Source: Callorhinchus milii (lineage: Eukaryota). Taken from it: a DNA stretch of 64,000 bases. Of the stretch, positions 49,895 to 62,284 are shown piece by piece. Every line of letters starts with the position of its first letter. The first letter of the stretch is position 1. Below the pieces are notes generated by a model. That model worked only from the letters and a program-made list of their open reading frames with translations, was not told where the DNA came from and did no database searches. Where the stretch lies: positions 36,210,001 to 36,274,000 of the forward strand of contig NW_024704742.1 in NCBI RefSeq assembly GCF_018977255.1, in the 5' to 3' direction. Made by a program: the position numbers and the translations under genes.

Positions 49895-50570
49895 TGTACA
49901 TTTATGTAGTGCCATTCACATCAACAGGAGACTTCTCAAAGTACTTCAGACAACTGATTGGGAGCCTGAGCCGGGGAGGTGAGGCGGGGAGGTGTAAGGT
50001 GGCCTACTTAAGAGATAGATTTTAAGGTGGGTTTTGAAAGTGGAGAAGATGGAGTAAGGGATTCCAGGATGTTCCAGAAAGTGGGAGAATGGCTGAACAT
50101 TTGCCCATCACAGTGGGGCAAAACAGAAGAGGTGTTTGTTGAAACAAGGGAGCAGCCAGGGCACCAAGATCACTGGAAGTGGTGGAGTGGTGGAGGTTCT
50201 CAGCAGTCTGTCAGGAACATAGTGGCAGAGACAGGTGATGTTGTTGATGTGAGGGAAAATAGAGTCAGGGGGCAAGAACGCAGAGGGAGCCTGGGTCACA
50301 GATGGTGAAAACATCACTGGGATTTTGACCAGGATAATCTTGATGTTGTGGATGGGATAGAAGCCGGATTGGAGGGACTAGCAGAGGGAGTGATGAGAGC
50401 AGAAGGAACAAAGTTGAGAGGTGACAACGTGTTCCAGCACCTTGGAAAGAAAGCCAGGTTGGAGATGGAGCGTTAGCTGCAGAGCATGGAGGGACCCAGT
50501 GAAGGTACCTTCGGGTGGTGGGGGAAGAGGGTGCAATAATGACAGTTTTGAAAGGTTCAACGATGTGATG
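49895..50570 (-). mobile_element. Old L2 remnant with multiple deletions
   Basis: FLSKVLEHVVTSQL in translation. L2 tail at about 49895-49950. Confidence 0.7.
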
Positions 50571-50639
50571 AGTATTTTTTTTAGTATTTTTATTTTATTT
50601 ATTTTTATATAAATCTTTTCTAACATTTAACTCTTCCTA

Positions 50640-51050
50640 CATGAACTGCAGAAAATCTTGACAAAAAAAGTTTAATAGAATCAAACAGACTAAAATCTGA
50701 CTTTCAAGCAGATACTTGCATGGATTGGATTGAAGAATTGCAAGAAATGGGAAATACTGGCAGAAATTGTATGCATTATTTTCAAGGAGATATGTTTAAG
50801 AAATGAAGAATAGCTAATGCAACACTCAAAAATTAGGGCAAATGGACTCTTGGGAAACACAAGTTGTTTTAGCTTAAATTTAGTAACACAGAGTTTGCGG
50901 CATGATAATTTATCCTAGGACAGTTAAGATTTACATCCACTCCGGGATTATATAGGAATATTTATCCCTCCCCAGAGGAAACAAGCAACTAAGCAGAAAA
51001 AGAAGACAAGAACCACAGCTTTGGTACTAAAAGTCTAGAATTATAATTTT
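50640..51050 (+). mobile_element. Highly decayed CR1-like RT-region fragment
   Basis: gaatagctaatgcaacac...aaacacaagttgttttagcttaa resembles the CR1 'ANV.P..K...NYRPVSL' region. Confidence 0.35.
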
Positions 51051-51399
51051 GTATAATCCATTTAAAGTGAACGATTTTGCTTCAAGCAACAATGTGATGT
51101 GAAACGCACTCTATACTTCCCCCTTGACAATGCAACGAGTTGGTTAAAATAGACTGTTAGCTTTTCAGTGATAGTGAAGAGCTGAGTCTTTAAAAGGACT
51201 TTAAAAATGGTCCTTCTAAAGTATCCCAGGAGTCTTCAGGAGATAATGATTGAGCAGAGCCCAATTAGATTTGCACCTTTTTTGTTTTACACTGGAGCAA
51301 GGAGAACCACACTATCCCTGAAACCACTCCTCTTAGCAAAGTCAGGAATTGAGGCTTCAGAGCAATTTACACAAACCTAACCTGGATTTCTCTTGTACA

Positions 51400-51555
51400 T
51401 TTGGGACTGTGGACATATCCAAAGGACACGCCTTTGACTGTGCAACCCTCACCCAACTCCTTCTGGAGTGTCGGTCTAGAATATGAGTTCATAGTCCCCA
51501 ACGTGCAAATCTACAACCTTCAGACCCAAAGGCAAGAATGCTATCAACTAAACCT
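51400..51555 (-). mobile_element. Head of an old Deu-type SINE
   Basis: Reverse complement gatagcattcttgcctttgggtctgaaggttgt...ctagaccgacactccag. A similar head fragment lies at about 60601-60655 (+). Confidence 0.55.
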
Positions 51556-52191
51556 TGCTGACATTTTTACCGAGGATTTAATGAGGATGGGCAACAAGTG
51601 CACAAAACAAGATTCATATTTTTTCTGAGAATGTGTTTGTTGTTGGGAGGGGGGGAATTCTATTGTACATTATGTAAGATCATATGAGCCGTCAAAGACT
51701 AATGAATGGCTTGTGTACCTCCATGTTTTGTAGTGTGGTTATGAGATGAGTCGGATTTAGAAAACTGCTTGTTTAACACTCCATTACCCTTCCTATTTTC
51801 TCAACCTGCTACCCTGGTAGTAGAGAGCCTGTGGATCACAGCAACTGCATTGAAAAGGTTTCTGTGCACCATCTGGTGGCACAATCTACGAGCCTATAGT
51901 CTACAATCCACTTGTGAGCATTCTGAATTCAGATCCCGCTTTACACCTGGAGGCTGTATGCGTAATCAATACACCTTTCCTGACAAACTAGTGTGGAAGC
52001 TTACAGATCCTTGGATCACATTCCCTGGTTAATTTGGTTTACTAATACAATATTTTTGGAGAGCTATAAATAGGGATGCACCTTTGTCCTGGTAAATTAC
52101 TTTTACATTAATCCAATCCCAAGAGTGTAAAAATCATCAGACAAGATATAAAACTTTAGGTCCACACAAATTCCAAAAGTTCAGGGTGAAA

Positions 52192-52300
52192 TAATAATAA
52201 TAATCCTTGCATTTGGTATAATATCTTATCATGTCATTGAGAAGTCTGAAAGTGCTTCATAGAATATACTATAAATTGAATTGACTGTATATTTTGTGAG
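52192..52300 (-). mobile_element. SINE 3' fragment
   Basis: (aat)n ccttgcatttggtata...gaattgactgtatattttgtg. Confidence 0.8.
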
Positions 52301-52438
52301 CGCAAGTCATTTCATTCAATTAAAAGTGTACCAAAAGGCAGGCAACCAGGGTTCAAATTCTCTGCCTTGGTTTAAGCAAACTTTTAAAAAAATCTCCAAT
52401 AACAAATAAGCGAGACCAGACTCTGATGTTGGTTATGG

Positions 52439-53000
52439 TTTTTTTTTTGGTCAGTTGGGTGTCAGACACTTGTGGAAACCCATCACCGTGCTTAAGGGTG
52501 TCCAAACCAAAGCAAGAATTCTATGCATCGCACCTACATATGGAAATCCCAAAGACAGATTGTTGGAATGGAAGGCACTCTTTCCCTGGAGGGATGCATC
52601 CTGCTTACCAATTCTGGAAAGTATTTGACACAGATTCACAGGAGCCAAGACTTGTAGACCCTAGAATTCATGTTGTGGTAATGCTGGAGTCTCACCAGCT
52701 AAAAACACATAATTTGCCATGTAAAACAGTCTACCTATTAGGGCTTTGGCTTGTAGGGTTAACTGGAGCTGAGTGGGAGGATTCCCTGCCCCCAATGACT
52801 GGTTCGGCCTTCCAAATCATGCCAATGAGCCAGGCTGGCTGTGTTGTCATCAGCAGTCTCTGGTATACTGCAGACCCACCTGGCTCAAGAACCGGACTAC
52901 TGAGAGCACCAGGGAGGCCTGGCTTGATTCCGATATTCCGTTGCCAAACATGTTACCTTGGAGCCAGTTCAGTTCCAAGGGGACCCCGCTTACCTCCCCC
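52439..53000 (-). mobile_element. Unnamed ~600-bp dispersed repeat, near full-length copy D
   Basis: Colinear with 26918-27527. The poly(T) at 52439-52448 is the A-tail on the minus strand. Confidence 0.78.
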
Positions 53001-54469
53001 AAAAGAGGTATGATCAGCTAATTGGCATGTCATGGCTGAGCGGAGAGGCATTGCGTGATCACTGAACAATCCCAAAGTGCCGTCAATTTAAAATGTGCAT
53101 TCACCTACTCTGATTGTTAGCTCCCAGGGATCCCCAAAATGATGCCAACATAACAGCTACTGCAAAAATTAGGGTACGGTTTACCTGTCTGAGACTACAA
53201 TACAAAACAAATTTATATGTGTATAGCGCGTTTCACTTCAAGGGAATGTGCATTTACATCAATTAGATTGATTTGTAAGTAGCAAATCACCTGCACATGG
53301 ATTTATAACATGACCTAGGTTACACTATTGCATTCCATTCATTCAGATTAAGACAACACATTACATGTATTTTAGTTACTGATGACACTCTAGTAAAGTC
53401 CTCAGTATACACCTCAGGAGACTGGATCCAATTGTGCCAAGTATGACCACTTTTGAGAGGTGTTCAATGAGCCACAACACAAATGAGGCGCAGAGTTTCA
53501 GTCTCAATCCCAGTACAGCACAAAGCTATTCCATCCAATTCACCACCTTATGCTCTATATGGTGCCAATGTTGTGTTCAAAAGCATGGTGGTATTATTAC
53601 TCCTCAAGCTGTTGATTCAGCTCAATGATTGCCCATTGTAAAAAGTACGTCTAGGGACACATTTTAATATATCTGATGTAGAGACTCCACAAGATAAAAT
53701 CTTAATCTTAATGAAATCGATACAATCTCACGCTTTAAAAAAAATGTTTACAGTGTTCATTCTTNAAAAAAAGCAATCTGCACTAAAGTGCATGCCTGCA
53801 CATCCAAAGGATCATCAATGCCTTTTATATCCTACATAAAATGTTTAAAAGAATACTAAGGAAATAAACAAAATGGAAACCACACGATCTCTTAAGACTT
53901 AAAGTATTGTAGAACTAATTTTCTCCAGCTGTATTTCTTTTGAAATGATATCCTTGAAAAATATTTAATGTTGAAATTATGATAGTTATATTCAAGGACT
54001 ATTTTTAACCTGCAGCAAGCAACTAAATGAAACCCAATATTACTACCATTCAAATCATATCCTTCCTCTTGCCCATTCATCCATATTACAGGTATAAATC
54101 CAGATTTTGCTCCATAACCTGGGTTACAGCTAGGATATCAGTACAGGAAATGGATTTCAGGGTGTGGAGGAGTCCTAGTTTAAGTAAATTTGATTTTCCC
54201 CCTTCATATTCTAAGGACTGCGTGACTCACAGAGATCTGTGCTACCAAGAACAAAAAAAGGCTTGGTGCCAGAGATTTTTATTTTATATTGCACAATACT
54301 TTCTTTCAATATTTAATACACTGGTTTCCCAGTCAAAGATTTTAAATATTTTGGACAGGGAGAAGACTAACAGTATCAGTAAGGTAAGTATGAAGCTGTC
54401 TGTTCAATGTGTGTAATTGGCAAACATTGCACTGTTAAAACTAGCCAGTAAAATCAATGCTTCTATTAC

Positions 54470-56060
54470 CACAACATTTTTTATAGCGCATTTCACATCC
54501 CAAGATCCTAGACAGTCAGGGATTTATACCTGAGCAGAGGGTTGGGATCAGGAGGGGTGGAGGGCAGGTAGGGTAGGGGTAGGAGGGTAACCGAAGCTGT
54601 TTTCGAAGAGGATCTTGAGACGTGCCTTGATGGAAGCTGGGGAGGGAGCAAGATAAAGGGACTGTGGGATGAAGTTCCAAAGGGTGGGACAAAGAGGCTG
54701 AAGCCTGACCGCCTATGGTGAGGCGGGACTGGTGGGGGACATGGAGCAGGCCAGAATTTGCTGAACGGAGAGAATAGACAGTTTGATGTGGCGTTAGCAA
54801 GTCATAGAGGTAGGAAAGAGCAAGGCCGTGGAGGGCTTTGAAGACAAGGACAAGCACATGAACGCTATCTTCTGGGGGATGGGGAGCCAGTGGAGTTGAT
54901 ACAAGCAGGGAGTTGGCATAGTCGAGCCTAGCTGTAATAGATGTGTGAGTGTGGGTTACGATGGCCTGAGGGGAGAGGCAGTGTAGGAGCGGGCGATGTT
55001 GCGGAGATGGGGGAAGGCAGAATGGTTCATGGTACGGATGTGGGTAGAAAGGACAGTTGAGGGTCAAACAAGATGCCAAGGTTTCGGACTGGCTTAGTAT
55101 GGTGGAGTGTGAATTTATGGATGGTGATACTTTACTGTTAGCACCCGACTTGTGGAGGCGCTGACGGGAGCCAATCAGGAGAGCCTCAGTCTTGTTGACG
55201 TTCAACTGGAGAAAGTTAGATCTCATCCAGGACTTCGGTCTGACAGACAATCCAGCAGGACATCAGTGGTCCTGGAGTCGAGGGTGGAGGCAGAGAGATA
55301 GTGTTGGGTGTCATCCAAGTTGACCCCATGTCTGTGGATGATGTAGCAAGAGGTTCCATATACATGTTGAAGAGGAGGGGACCAAGGACAGAGCCCTGAG
55401 GAACACCGCACAGACGGTTTGAAGGCTGGAGGAGAAGCCATTTGTGGAGACAAGTATAAAAGGTAGGATCTGAACCAGTCAAAAACGACCATGAAGGTTG
55501 AGGTGAGAGGCGAGGCGGTGGAGGAGGATAGATTGGTCAACAGTGTCAAAGGCAGCAAAGGTCACTGAGGATGAGGAGACAAAAGGAGCCCTATTCACAA
55601 ATGGACAAAATGCCATTTGTCAATTTGACCAAGGCTGTTTCTATGCTGTGGGCAGCACGGAAACCCAATTGTCCAGGGGCCAAAGTGTGAAGGGGAGATG
55701 AGGAGGGGATAGCAGTTGGAAGGGCAGAGGCGGCTGAGCGGATCTCCTTAATTTTGGTCTCGAGGAAGTCCAGCATCTCCTCACAGTTGGAGCTGGAGAA
55801 GAGGATGAGCGAGGCATGAGAGGTGGGCGGAGGAACTGGTTGGTAGTGGAGAAGAGGAGCCTGGGATTGTTCTTGGCCTCCAAGATTATCTTGACATAGA
55901 AGGACAATTTAGCGAAGGGATAGCGGAGCGTTAAGTTTTGATGTGATCCAGCCAAATCTGTTGATGGACCGTTAAGTTAGATTTGAGCCAGGTGTGTTCA
56001 GTGGCACGCACCTGTGCTTTGAGGACGCGGTGGTGGTTGGTGCAACAGGGTGAATTTCCT
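54470..56060 (-). mobile_element. L2-clade LINE remnant, multiply deleted
   Basis: [70 protein letters not shown]. Confidence 0.9.
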
Positions 56061-56484
56061 GAGTTAGAGGCAGTTCACCCAAATAAGGATCTGGAATAAG
56101 AACATAAACCAACTGGATCTAATTGTGCACAGTGAAGCAGCTATTACTATCATTGTGGTTGTAAAAGTTTATTCATTGGCATATAAAGTACATTGCCATG
56201 ACAACTATTTCCGAATGGTAGCCAAGCAGAGAATTGCCAATTTGGCTTTAATTATCACATGCTCACTTCTGCAATGCATTGAACCATTTTAAAAGCTATT
56301 ATAGTGGAGTATATGTTTTTCAAATACACATTACCTGCAAAATTTTAAAGGTCTTTTCAAAATAGTTGGTCAAAATGATTTTCTGACATACTGTACTTAA
56401 AAGAGATTTTGCCAAAAGTCTTGCCGAAGTTTCTTTCTTGTTGATAGAGTACCTTGTAACTAAAGGTTTGGACCGTCTCCATTT

Positions 56485-56605
56485 ATATTTCGCCCACAAT
56501 ATATACAGTCAGTTCAATTTACAGTATATTCTGTGAAGCACTTTGAGACATCTTGAAGACATGATAAGGTGCTATATCAAATGCAAGGATTATTATTATT
56601 ATTTT
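56485..56605 (+). mobile_element. SINE 3' fragment
   Basis: tttcgcccacaa...gtgctatatcaaatgcaaggattattatt. Confidence 0.85.
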
Positions 56606-56877
56606 TATTACTACATTAGGGTCTTAATTGTGATATTCCAAATGGGATTCAAAGGACCAAAGGATTCCAAGTGCTAATCACGATTTGGGTTTGTGAATAT
56701 CAAAAGACATCTAGTTTGCGATAGATGCAAAATAGCGAACTTTGAGTTATGAAAGGGGGAAAAAATACGACAAATGGCCAAAGGCCTAATTCGTCAGATG
56801 CCATTTTACTCTGATTTATTTCCACCCTTTGATAGCTTTCAGAAATCATATTTAACCGTTTGTGAACAATTCAAACT

Positions 56878-57190
56878 GGATTCCTGTAGCTCAGTGGTTA
56901 GAGCACTCGCCTTGCAAGCGAGACACCTGGGTTCAATTCCAGGCAGGGCGAAACCTTGCGCAAGTTTTCTTACTCCACACGCCTAATAATAATCCCTCCA
57001 AAACAAAACAATAATAAATTGGTCATTTTCAATCCATGATTGTTTGTGAGACACTGCTATGCGCAATTGGCTGCTACGTTTCGTCCACAAATATACAGTC
57101 AATTCACTTTATAGTATATTCTGTGAAGCGCTTTGAGACGTCGAGAAGATGTGAAAAGCGCTATTCAAATGCAAGGATTATTATTATTAT
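56878..57190 (+). mobile_element. Full-length tRNA-derived SINE (short body, older-type tail)
   Basis: Colinear with the 3794 copy. Tail reads gagacgtcgagaagatgtgaaaagcgc. Confidence 0.92.
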
Positions 57191-57379
57191 TCCACTTTGT
57201 GATTTATACAACATGACCAAAAAGACTTATTTTTCAGCCACCCTATTATCTAAAAAAATCATAATTTCTTTGGGACTTATTAGATATTATAATGGTATCA
57301 TAACCTTTTGGTCACCCTGTATTACATACCCCAACTTCAGATATCACCTTTACCAAAACCTCTGGAAGGACAGAAGTCA

Positions 57380-57760
57380 TCCAGGCAGGATTCACTAGAT
57401 TAATACTTTAGATGACAAGGTTTAGCTGTGATGAAAGGTAGAGTAGACTTGGGTTATACTCCTCAGAGCTGAGAAGCTTAAGGGTGATCTGATTGAGGTG
57501 TTTAAAATGATGAGGGAAATTGAGATGATAGATAGTGCATATCTCTTTCCTGTGCTAGAGGGTACCAAAACAAAGGGACATAGTCTCACATTTATACAGG
57601 ATGGTTATAAGTGAGATCAGTGGGTTGTAAAAACAGAAGCAATAGGGATAGGAGCTAGATACTTTGAAAGTAAAGCTAGTTAATGCGCATGGAGAAAAGG
57701 GGGAAATTGAATTAAAAACAAGCTCAATGAACTGAATAGTCTCCTGTTCCTTTGTTATGA
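57380..57760 (+). mobile_element. Old CR1-type LINE 3' fragment
   Basis: agggtgatctgattgaggtgtttaaaatgatg (GDLIEVFKM). Confidence 0.72.
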
Positions 57761-58134
57761 AACATCTTATTTTTCATCCCATTGTCTTTATGCCTGGGAA
57801 GCAGAGTACATCATTTTCACCACAATGCTATCATATTCAAGCACTTAGTATTCAAACAAAAAAGGTTTGCCAAACACATTTGGATGCAGACCACTTGTCT
57901 TTAAATGAGCCCTGCCGAATGACCAGGAGCTGTCTGCTCCTCTCATCTGCCAACCAACTCCAATTAGTTTGACAGCTGGTCCACTGACATTCACTGCCAA
58001 CAGCACCATCCAGCAAGTGGAAAGAGTCACATTGCAATTAATCGCCAGGCATACAAGGGGCCTCTGACAAGGTAGGTGGGCAGGTAAACAAGGTGACCAG
58101 ATTTAATAACCATGCAACAGTGAGGGGGGGTTTA

Positions 58135-58290
58135 CAACAACAATAACAAGATTTCATTTATAGAGCGCCTTTCACATCGGGAGGACGTCCCAAGGCGCTG
58201 GACAATAGGGTCAGGACCCGAGCAGGGGGGAAATAGTCAGGGTGAGGGGAGGGAGTCGAGATGGGAGCTGAAGGCACGGTTGAAGAGACT
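58135..58290 (-). mobile_element. L2 3' end fragment
   Basis: agcgcctttcacatcgggaggacgtcccaaggcgctggac, as in the 36841 copy. Confidence 0.85.
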
Positions 58291-58575
58291 GTGACACACA
58301 TATATTGACAGAAGCTGGGACCTGAATTTGATTGAGTCAAGACTTTGTTTCCCGTGATTCAGTGAAATCTCAATGTGTGAAGATTTTGAGACATCCTCTC
58401 AACCTGAAAGGCACTATATAAATGTAAGTTGTTAAAGGTCAGATGACCAAGCTGCAGCACAATGGTTTGTTTTGTATTTTGACTGAAAATCCAACTAAAG
58501 CATTACCTGTTAACGTTCTCTTCTTATGTACTGATTTTGTGACACAATATTATGCTGTAATGAAACGGTTCTTAC

Positions 58576-58679
58576 CTGGCCTCCAACCTTTGAGCTGGTA
58601 AGCAGAGAACATCTGCTTTCAGATTGAGCTCCAGCTGCACATATAGATCCCCTCTTCCTAGGGGATCACACTATTCATC
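58576..58679 (-). other. Candidate non-coding or UTR exon (104 nt)
   Basis: Acceptor ttgttgcttctgtttgcag| and donor CAG|GTAAGA. All three frames hit early stops. Splice signals only. Confidence 0.2.
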
Positions 58680-58849
58680 CTGCAAACAGAAGCAACAAGC
58701 AGAAGGGCAGTTCCAACAACTCACTTGGGTTATTCCACTTTTAGCGCCTTGGGAGGTCCACCCAACATGAAAGGCCCTATATAAATGCAATTTGTTGTTG
58801 TTTTATTATGGTATTCATGTGGCTGCTAAATGGCCCTATTACCACATAT

Positions 58850-59215
58850 AATAATCCTTGCATTTAATATAACACCTTATCATGTCATCACAACATCTCA
58901 AAGCACTTTGCAGATGAAATTGATTGCTATATACTGTAATAAGTTAGTGTCAATGCATTTGCAGATAAATGTGGCAGCTGATTTGTGCAGTGCAAAATCC
59001 CATAAACTGCCATGAAGTAAATTATCAATTTTATCTGGGCATTCTTGGCCAGGACACCAGGAAAAACTCTCCCTTGAAACAGTGCCATGACATCTTTAAC
59101 ATCCACCGAAATTTCAGCCCAATTGGTGGAAGCACAACAGAGCTCAGCATCAAGCTTTACTGAACTCAGCATTGGGAGTGATTGATACTGCCACTGGAAT
59201 TGCCTCAACACTGGA
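58850..59215 (-). mobile_element. Deu-domain SINE, degraded
   Basis: ttggccaggacaccaggaaaaactc...gtgccatgacatctttaacatccacc, plus SINE tail. Confidence 0.72.
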
Positions 59216-61189
59216 ATCTCCCATGTTGATGAGCAAATCTTCCCCTCCACTCTCTCCCATTTCCCCCCCCCCAAAAAAAAAGAGAGCCAAGCAGCAACAG
59301 GACAGAGATTCAAATGAATTCAGGTTTCCTTTCTGATGGAGTTGATCAGAGCAAATATAGTCGCAAGATATGTCAATACTAGTAAATTATGATTTATAAA
59401 AAATAATGAATGCTTAAACATTTCCTTGATACACATATATTCAGATATCCCACTATGCACTATTGCAATGTAAATAGGCTCAGTAGGTTGCTACAAAAGA
59501 AATTATAATTCTGTTCAGTGTTAAAACAAACAATAAGGTCCCATGAAACAGGTGACCAAACACTCAGCAAGTGAAAATAAAGGAGTTATTTGAACAGTAA
59601 AGCACAGCATACACCGACAATCACAGATGGTAACCCAGCAGTACCAAACAAATACAGCCCTGAGCACCACGCGGTCACATTGGTGATACGAAAAATTGCA
59701 TGTTCAATTACTATAGCTTTAGGAATAAAAGCAGGTTGTAATGAGAGTCTCTCACATGCTGCTAGAATTTATCGTGGGAGTGATTCTACTGTCAGGGAAG
59801 AATGGATTCCCACTGGTTGCATGCCACCATATGTCATCTTATTTTACAACTTTACATTGAGTTGAATACTGGGGTCCCTCAAGGGACTCTTAAAAGTTTC
59901 TCACTTACACAGACTCTGTATCAGCTGTAGCTCGCTGCATTCATGTAGTATAAGCCGCCTTTTCAGTGAAACTCTCAGCAAGACTCCTCCCCTGCTGGTA
60001 CAACTGATTTTATTATTGGATTGAATCTATTCCTCTTTCACCCTCTATCTATCAAATGCAAGCTGTCTTTTGTATTTTTTCAATGTAAAACTTTCTTCAA
60101 GTGGCTTCTCTTGCCCTCTGATGCTCTCTGAAACTTAAGTGGTGCTTTTCAGTCATCTTTCACATTTTCTCTTCCTTTCTCCACATCTCAGCAAAATTAG
60201 CACAGACGTGACCAGAGAGAGTGGACAAAGGAATTAACAGGCAGGAACCCTTAAAGCACAGGTGCCACTTAATGGTAAATTTAACTGCCCACCCCCTCCA
60301 TCATAGTCATCGATTGAAAGCAGCAGGAGTGTGTGGTAGAAGGTAAATAAATGTTCTGTATTAGCAGTTATAATTTAAGACCAACCGCAGCACAAAACAA
60401 TACAAATTTACATCTATAGAGCACCTTTCATGTCAGGAAGATGACCTTAAATGCAGTAGCACTGTGTCCATGGGATTCACACACCCCAGCACTGTTTTTA
60501 TTTCATAAAATTTTTGTCACCCATCCCCAAACAACTCAAGTTCTTTCTAAAGGAAAGTTATTGAAAATACATTGAATACTGACTGCTTGACTGTACAAGG
60601 TTGGCTCAATTGTCAGCATCCCAGGCTCTGGGTCAGAAGGTTATGAGTTCAATCGATCACCTATGCTTGTAAAACCTTTCATCCTCTCTTAAATGGGAAA
60701 TTCCAACAACAACGACAAATACATTTACATAGCGCTTTTCACGGCAGAAGGACGTCCCACGGTTCTGGACAGTTAAAGGTTTCCACTACAAGGATGGAAT
60801 GTTACTCGTGTTAAACCATGTGTGTTACGACTAGTTTGAAGCTCAGATAATGGTTACAAACAAGACCTTTGCTCACGTGGCTTCTGATACCACGTGCACC
60901 CTAACTCCACTTGTTTCTTGTTCCACAGAGGAGCCGCAAAAGTTTGAAGCACCAAAGAAACTTTTCTTCAATCTTTTCAATGAAACTACTGTATTTTAAA
61001 CAAATTTTTTCACAAGTCTGGCAGAGCACGGAGGGTAGAATTGCCAAATTAATGCATTAATTTCCTTTAACTGCGTGTTAGCTAGTTACGAGTACAGGAT
61101 TAGTCAGCCAGTACTCTGCATTCCTGAGTTGACTTAAGTGTGAATACTTTGGAGGCATTAAAGGATTTTTAAAAAAGTCAGGATTCCTC

Positions 61190-62284
61190 TCAACAACAAC
61201 AAAATTACATTTGTATAGCGCCTTTCACGTCGGGAGGACATGCTGGACAGACAGAGTTACGAACCCGAGCTGGGGGTCGGAGTGGCGGAGGGCAGTGGGG
61301 GGGAAGCAGGGAGAATCGAAAGCACGGTTGAAGAGGAGGGTCTTGAGGTGAGTCTTGAAGGTGGCGAGGGAGGGGGCAAGACGGAGAGGTTGCAGGGTGG
61401 AGTTCCAGAGGGTGGGTGACGAGTGGCGGAAGGCCCGCCCATAGTGGGGCGAGCAAGACGGGGGATGTGAAGCAGGCCGGGGACTGCTGAGCGGAGGGAG
61501 AGAACAGGGTGGTAGGGGGTTAGGAGGTCGGAGAGGTAGAGGGGAGCAAGACCATGGAGGGCTTTGAAGGTGTGGACCAGGATCTTGAACTGTATTCTCT
61601 GTGTGATGGGAAGCCAGTGGAGTTGAGCAAGGATTGGGATGATAGGGTGGTGGAGCCTGGTGCAGGAGAGGACATGAGCTGCAGAGTTCTGGATGATCTG
61701 CAGCCTGTGGAGGGAAGAGTTGGGGAGGCCGACAAGCAGTGAGTTTGCACAGTCGAGCATCGATGTAATGAAGGCGTGTATGAGGGTTTCGGTGGCCTGC
61801 GGTGTGAGACAGTGACTGAGCCGGGTGATGTTGCAGAGGTGAGGGAAGGCAGAGCAGGTCATGGTGCAGATGTGGGGTAGAAAGGATAGTTGAGGGTCGA
61901 ACAGACCCCAAGGTTCCAGACTGGTTTAACAAGATGGAGTGTGCAACCATGGATGGTGATGCTATCAGCGCCTGAGGTGAGGAGATGCTGACGGGAGCCA
62001 GTCAGCAGAGCCTCGGTCTTGTTGATGTTCAGCTGAAGAAAGTTTGCTCTCATCCAGGACTTGATGTCTGACACATTCTGTCAGGACAGCAGTGGTCCTG
62101 GAGTCAAGGGTGGAGGTACAGAGAGGTACAGTTGGGTGTCATCTGCATACATGTGGAAGTTGACCAAATGTCTGCTGATGTCACCGAGAGGAAGCATATA
62201 GATATTGAAGAGCAGGGGACCAAGGACAGAGCCCTGAGAAACGCTGCAAGTGACAGTCTGGGGGCTAGAGGAGAAACCGTTTGA
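61190..62284 (-). mobile_element. L2-clade LINE, 5'-truncated RT pseudogene with 3' tail
   Basis: SDIKSWMRANFLQLN, LIHAFITSMLDCANSLLVGLP, LHWLPITQRIQFKILV, FKTHLKTLLF. YADD coded near 62140-62150. Confidence 0.95.

Noticed and set aside
52426..53013. 195-aa ORF as a novel protein
   Set aside because: It lies antisense within the unnamed repeat, starts at a non-ATG codon, is not preserved in copy B and has no recognisable motif.
53765..53765. Single N base
   Set aside because: An assembly ambiguity next to a homopolymer, with no biological meaning.
60874..60896. Paired CACGTG E-boxes
   Set aside because: Two hexamers alone are too little evidence for a regulatory call.
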